Assembly: GCA_036339465.1 (NCBI GenBank)
Contig: JAYZAY010000079.1
Span: 1 to 35,175, forward strand
Origin: Myxococcota bacterium
GTDB taxonomy: Bacteria; Myxococcota; XYA12-FULL-58-9; JABJBS01
DNA: 35,175 bases
Direction: 5' to 3'
Shown: positions 33,242-35,175 of the stretch, one piece after another
How positions within the stretch are numbered: the stretch's first letter is position 1
Layout of the letters: every line of letters starts with the position of its first letter
Program-made: the position numbers and the translations under genes
Notes under the pieces: generated by a model
Database searches by the model: none
What the model was told of the DNA's origin: nothing
What the model saw: only the letters and a program-made list of their open reading frames with translations

Positions 33242-33272
33242 GCCTCGCTAAATTAACACGGGAGTAAAGAAC

Positions 33273-33542
33273 GTGGCTGTTTCGATTCGTCTTCAGCGTT
33301 GTGGTCAAAGTCATCGACCTGTCTATCGTATTGTCGCCGCTGATGAGCGCGCACGTAGAGATGGTAGATTTCTTGAAAAATTAGGTACTTTTCACCCATG
33401 TGAGAGCAAAGAGCTCGAAGTGAATGTAGAGGTCGCTCAAAAATGGTTGGGCCGGGGTGCGAAGGTATCTGGGCAAGTGAAGGCTCTTTTCACCTCTGCT
33501 GGTGTCTATAAAGTGGCTGAGGCCCCTGCTGAGCAAGCATAA
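33273..33542 (+). CDS. rpsP: 30S ribosomal protein S16
   Basis: MAVSIRLQRCG..RPVYRIVAADERARRDGRFLEKLG and WLGRGA. Confidence 0.97.
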   Translation: MAVSIRLQRCGQSHRPVYRIVAADERARRDGRFLEKLGTFHPCESKELEVNVEVAQKWLGRGAKVSGQVKALFTSAGVYKVAEAPAEQA

Positions 33543-33576
33543 ACTCTTCTCCTACGAATAGGGTTCGGAGCGGGAT

Positions 33577-33804
33577 ATGAAAGAACTGATACATTATATA
33601 GCCACTGCTTTGGTCGACGACAAAGAGGCGGTCACCGTTAGTTTGTCCAGCGAAGATGATACTTGTTATGAGTTGCATGTTGCTCCCGATGATCGGGGTA
33701 AGGTAATCGGCCGTAAAGGACGTACTGCTCACGCAATTCGTACTTTGCTTGAGGCGGCGTGTGATCCTGGTGATGTGAAGCCTAGCCTTGAGATTCTTGA
33801 TTAA
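33577..33804 (+). CDS. khpA: KH-domain RNA-binding protein KhpA (YlqC)
   Basis: MKELIHYIATALVD and VAPDDRGKVIGRKGRTAHAIR; canonical position between rpsP and rimM. Confidence 0.92.
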   Translation: MKELIHYIATALVDDKEAVTVSLSSEDDTCYELHVAPDDRGKVIGRKGRTAHAIRTLLEAACDPGDVKPSLEILD

Positions 33805-33816
33805 AAGATTTCTGTT

Positions 33817-34380
33817 ATGCCGGTGTCTGTAGGTCGTAGTGAATTGGTCGAGATCGGCTTCGTAGAGAAGGCCCATGGCATACGGGGTGAAGTAAAGGTT
33901 CGTCCCTTTGTCGATGCGGCTCAGTCTTTTGTTACCGGGCGCATTCTTACCGTACGTTTAAAGGACGGTTCTTGTTTTTTCTCCAAGATCACACATGTGA
34001 AAAGCGACAAAGGGAATCTCATCCTTAAGCTTAGTGACGTGTTGGACCGCACTGCTGCCGAGGGTCTTAAGGGATCGAGCCTGAGTCTTGACGTGAGTGC
34101 TTTGCCCGCCGTGGAACACGGTGAATATTTCCTTTTTGAGCTTGAGGGCGTGACCGTGGTGTCAGTCGGGGGTGGTGTCATTGGGCAGGTCACCGGCTTT
34201 ATGGCACAGGGCGCGCAGTTCCTCTTGAGGATTTCCTCTGGCGACGTAGAACACCTCATTCCTCATACGATCCCATTTGTAGTTGAATTCCGGCGGGCGG
34301 ACCGAGTGTTGAGGGTAGATCTACCAGAGGGGTTTCTTGAGTTGGCAGCTCAGGTGGATGGGATCGAATCAAATCCATGA
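33817..34380 (+). CDS. rimM: Ribosome maturation factor RimM
   Basis: IGFVEKAHGIRGEVKV, DRTAAEGLKG, GEYFLFELEG and LIP; synteny. Confidence 0.93.
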   Translation: MPVSVGRSELVEIGFVEKAHGIRGEVKVRPFVDAAQSFVTGRILTVRLKDGSCFFSKITHVKSDKGNLILKLSDVLDRTAAEGLKGSSLSLDVSALPAVEHGEYFLFELEGVTVVSVGGGVIGQVTGFMAQGAQFLLRISSGDVEHLIPHTIPFVVEFRRADRVLRVDLPEGFLELAAQVDGIESNP

Positions 34381-35078
34381 CTTTTACGATACAAATTATC
34401 ACCCTTTTGCCGCAGTTCTGGGAGGTTCTTAGGACGCCAGGCTATGGTTTGGTTGGGCGCGCATTTGAGAAGGGGATGGCTGAGTTGGTCATTCACGACT
34501 TGCGCGAGTTTGGCCACGGAGTTCATCGTAGTGTCGATGATACGCCCTTTGGTGGGGGGCCGGGAATGCTTTTACGGGTAGGCCCAGTTCATCAGGCGAT
34601 TCAGAAGGCGCGAGCAAGAGCGACCAATCCTGTTTACCTCTTGTCCCCAGCGGGGACGCCATTTAAGCAGCCGGTGGCGTCCGAATTGGCTGAAACCAAT
34701 GGCTTTACCCTCGTTTGCGGACGTTATGAAGGGTTCGATGAGCGTATCCGATATTTTGTAGATGGAGCCATTTGTTTAATGGATGCAGTTCTGTCAGGGG
34801 GCGATCCTGCGGCACTTTGTGTCGTTGATGCCGCCATGCGGTTGCGACCAGGAGTTTTGGGGAACGAATGTTCGATTACTGATGAGTCCTTTACCGGGAC
34901 TGGCCTTGAACATCCCCAATTTACGAGGCCAGTGTCCTACGAGGGGTACTCAGTCCCTGAGGTCCTGCGCAGTGGTGATCACGGAGCTATCATGAAATGG
35001 AAGGTCCAAGCAGCCCAGGGTAGGACGGAAAAATATAGGCCTTCGCTCCTCGAACCTACGAATGAGGATACGGACTAA
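34377..35078 (+). CDS. trmD: tRNA (guanine37-N1)-methyltransferase TrmD
   Basis: VDDTPFGGGPGM, LSPAG, CGRYEGFDER, VLSGG, ESF, PQFTRP and SGDH. Confidence 0.97.
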   Translation: MTFTIQIITLLPQFWEVLRTPGYGLVGRAFEKGMAELVIHDLREFGHGVHRSVDDTPFGGGPGMLLRVGPVHQAIQKARARATNPVYLLSPAGTPFKQPVASELAETNGFTLVCGRYEGFDERIRYFVDGAICLMDAVLSGGDPAALCVVDAAMRLRPGVLGNECSITDESFTGTGLEHPQFTRPVSYEGYSVPEVLRSGDHGAIMKWKVQAAQGRTEKYRPSLLEPTNEDTD

Positions 35079-35084
35079 AAGGCG

Positions 35085-35117
35085 CGCGGCTCGATTTTTC
35101 AGCAAAATCGAGCCGCG
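35085..35117. repeat. Perfect 14-bp hairpin downstream of trmD
   Basis: CGCGGCTCGATTTT-TCAGC-AAAATCGAGCCGCG; no U tract on either side. Confidence 0.8.
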
Positions 35118-35175
35118 AGAGACTTGCGCGATGTTGAAGGCTTATGTTAGGTGCCGCGACGGTTTAGAAAAGTGT

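Overview
Gene-dense bacterial chromosome segment of roughly 50% GC by eye. A MYXO-CTERM sorting signal, the rnc-era-der/rne/yfgM-bamB arrangement and several Cys-rich lipoproteins suggest an uncultured Myxococcota-like (deltaproteobacterial) organism. Left part: end of a flagellar operon (fliD-fliS-fliT-like), a sirtuin, a DTW/TapT protein, apt, tRNA-Arg(CCT), ihfB, a small OM barrel, iscS-mnmA-rnc-era-der, rne, yfgM/bamB-like genes, a NUDIX protein, a fused hydantoinase/oxoprolinase and an alpha/beta hydrolase. Middle part (~19.5-23.9 kb): almost no intact genes. Manual multi-frame reading shows heavily decayed IS remnants (IS1634-like, IS256-like, IS3) around one intact orphan TAtT (TPAT) lipoprotein. 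Right part: an 843-aa lipoprotein resembling the BPI/LBP lipid-binding fold with a MYXO-CTERM tail, ppdK, two large beta-propeller lipoproteins and rpsP-khpA-rimM-trmD. The most interesting candidate is the doubly anchored bacterial BPI/LBP-like protein and a possible lipid-handling neighbourhood (BPI-like + TAtT + lysophospholipase). All family calls come from motif recognition by eye; no database searches were run.
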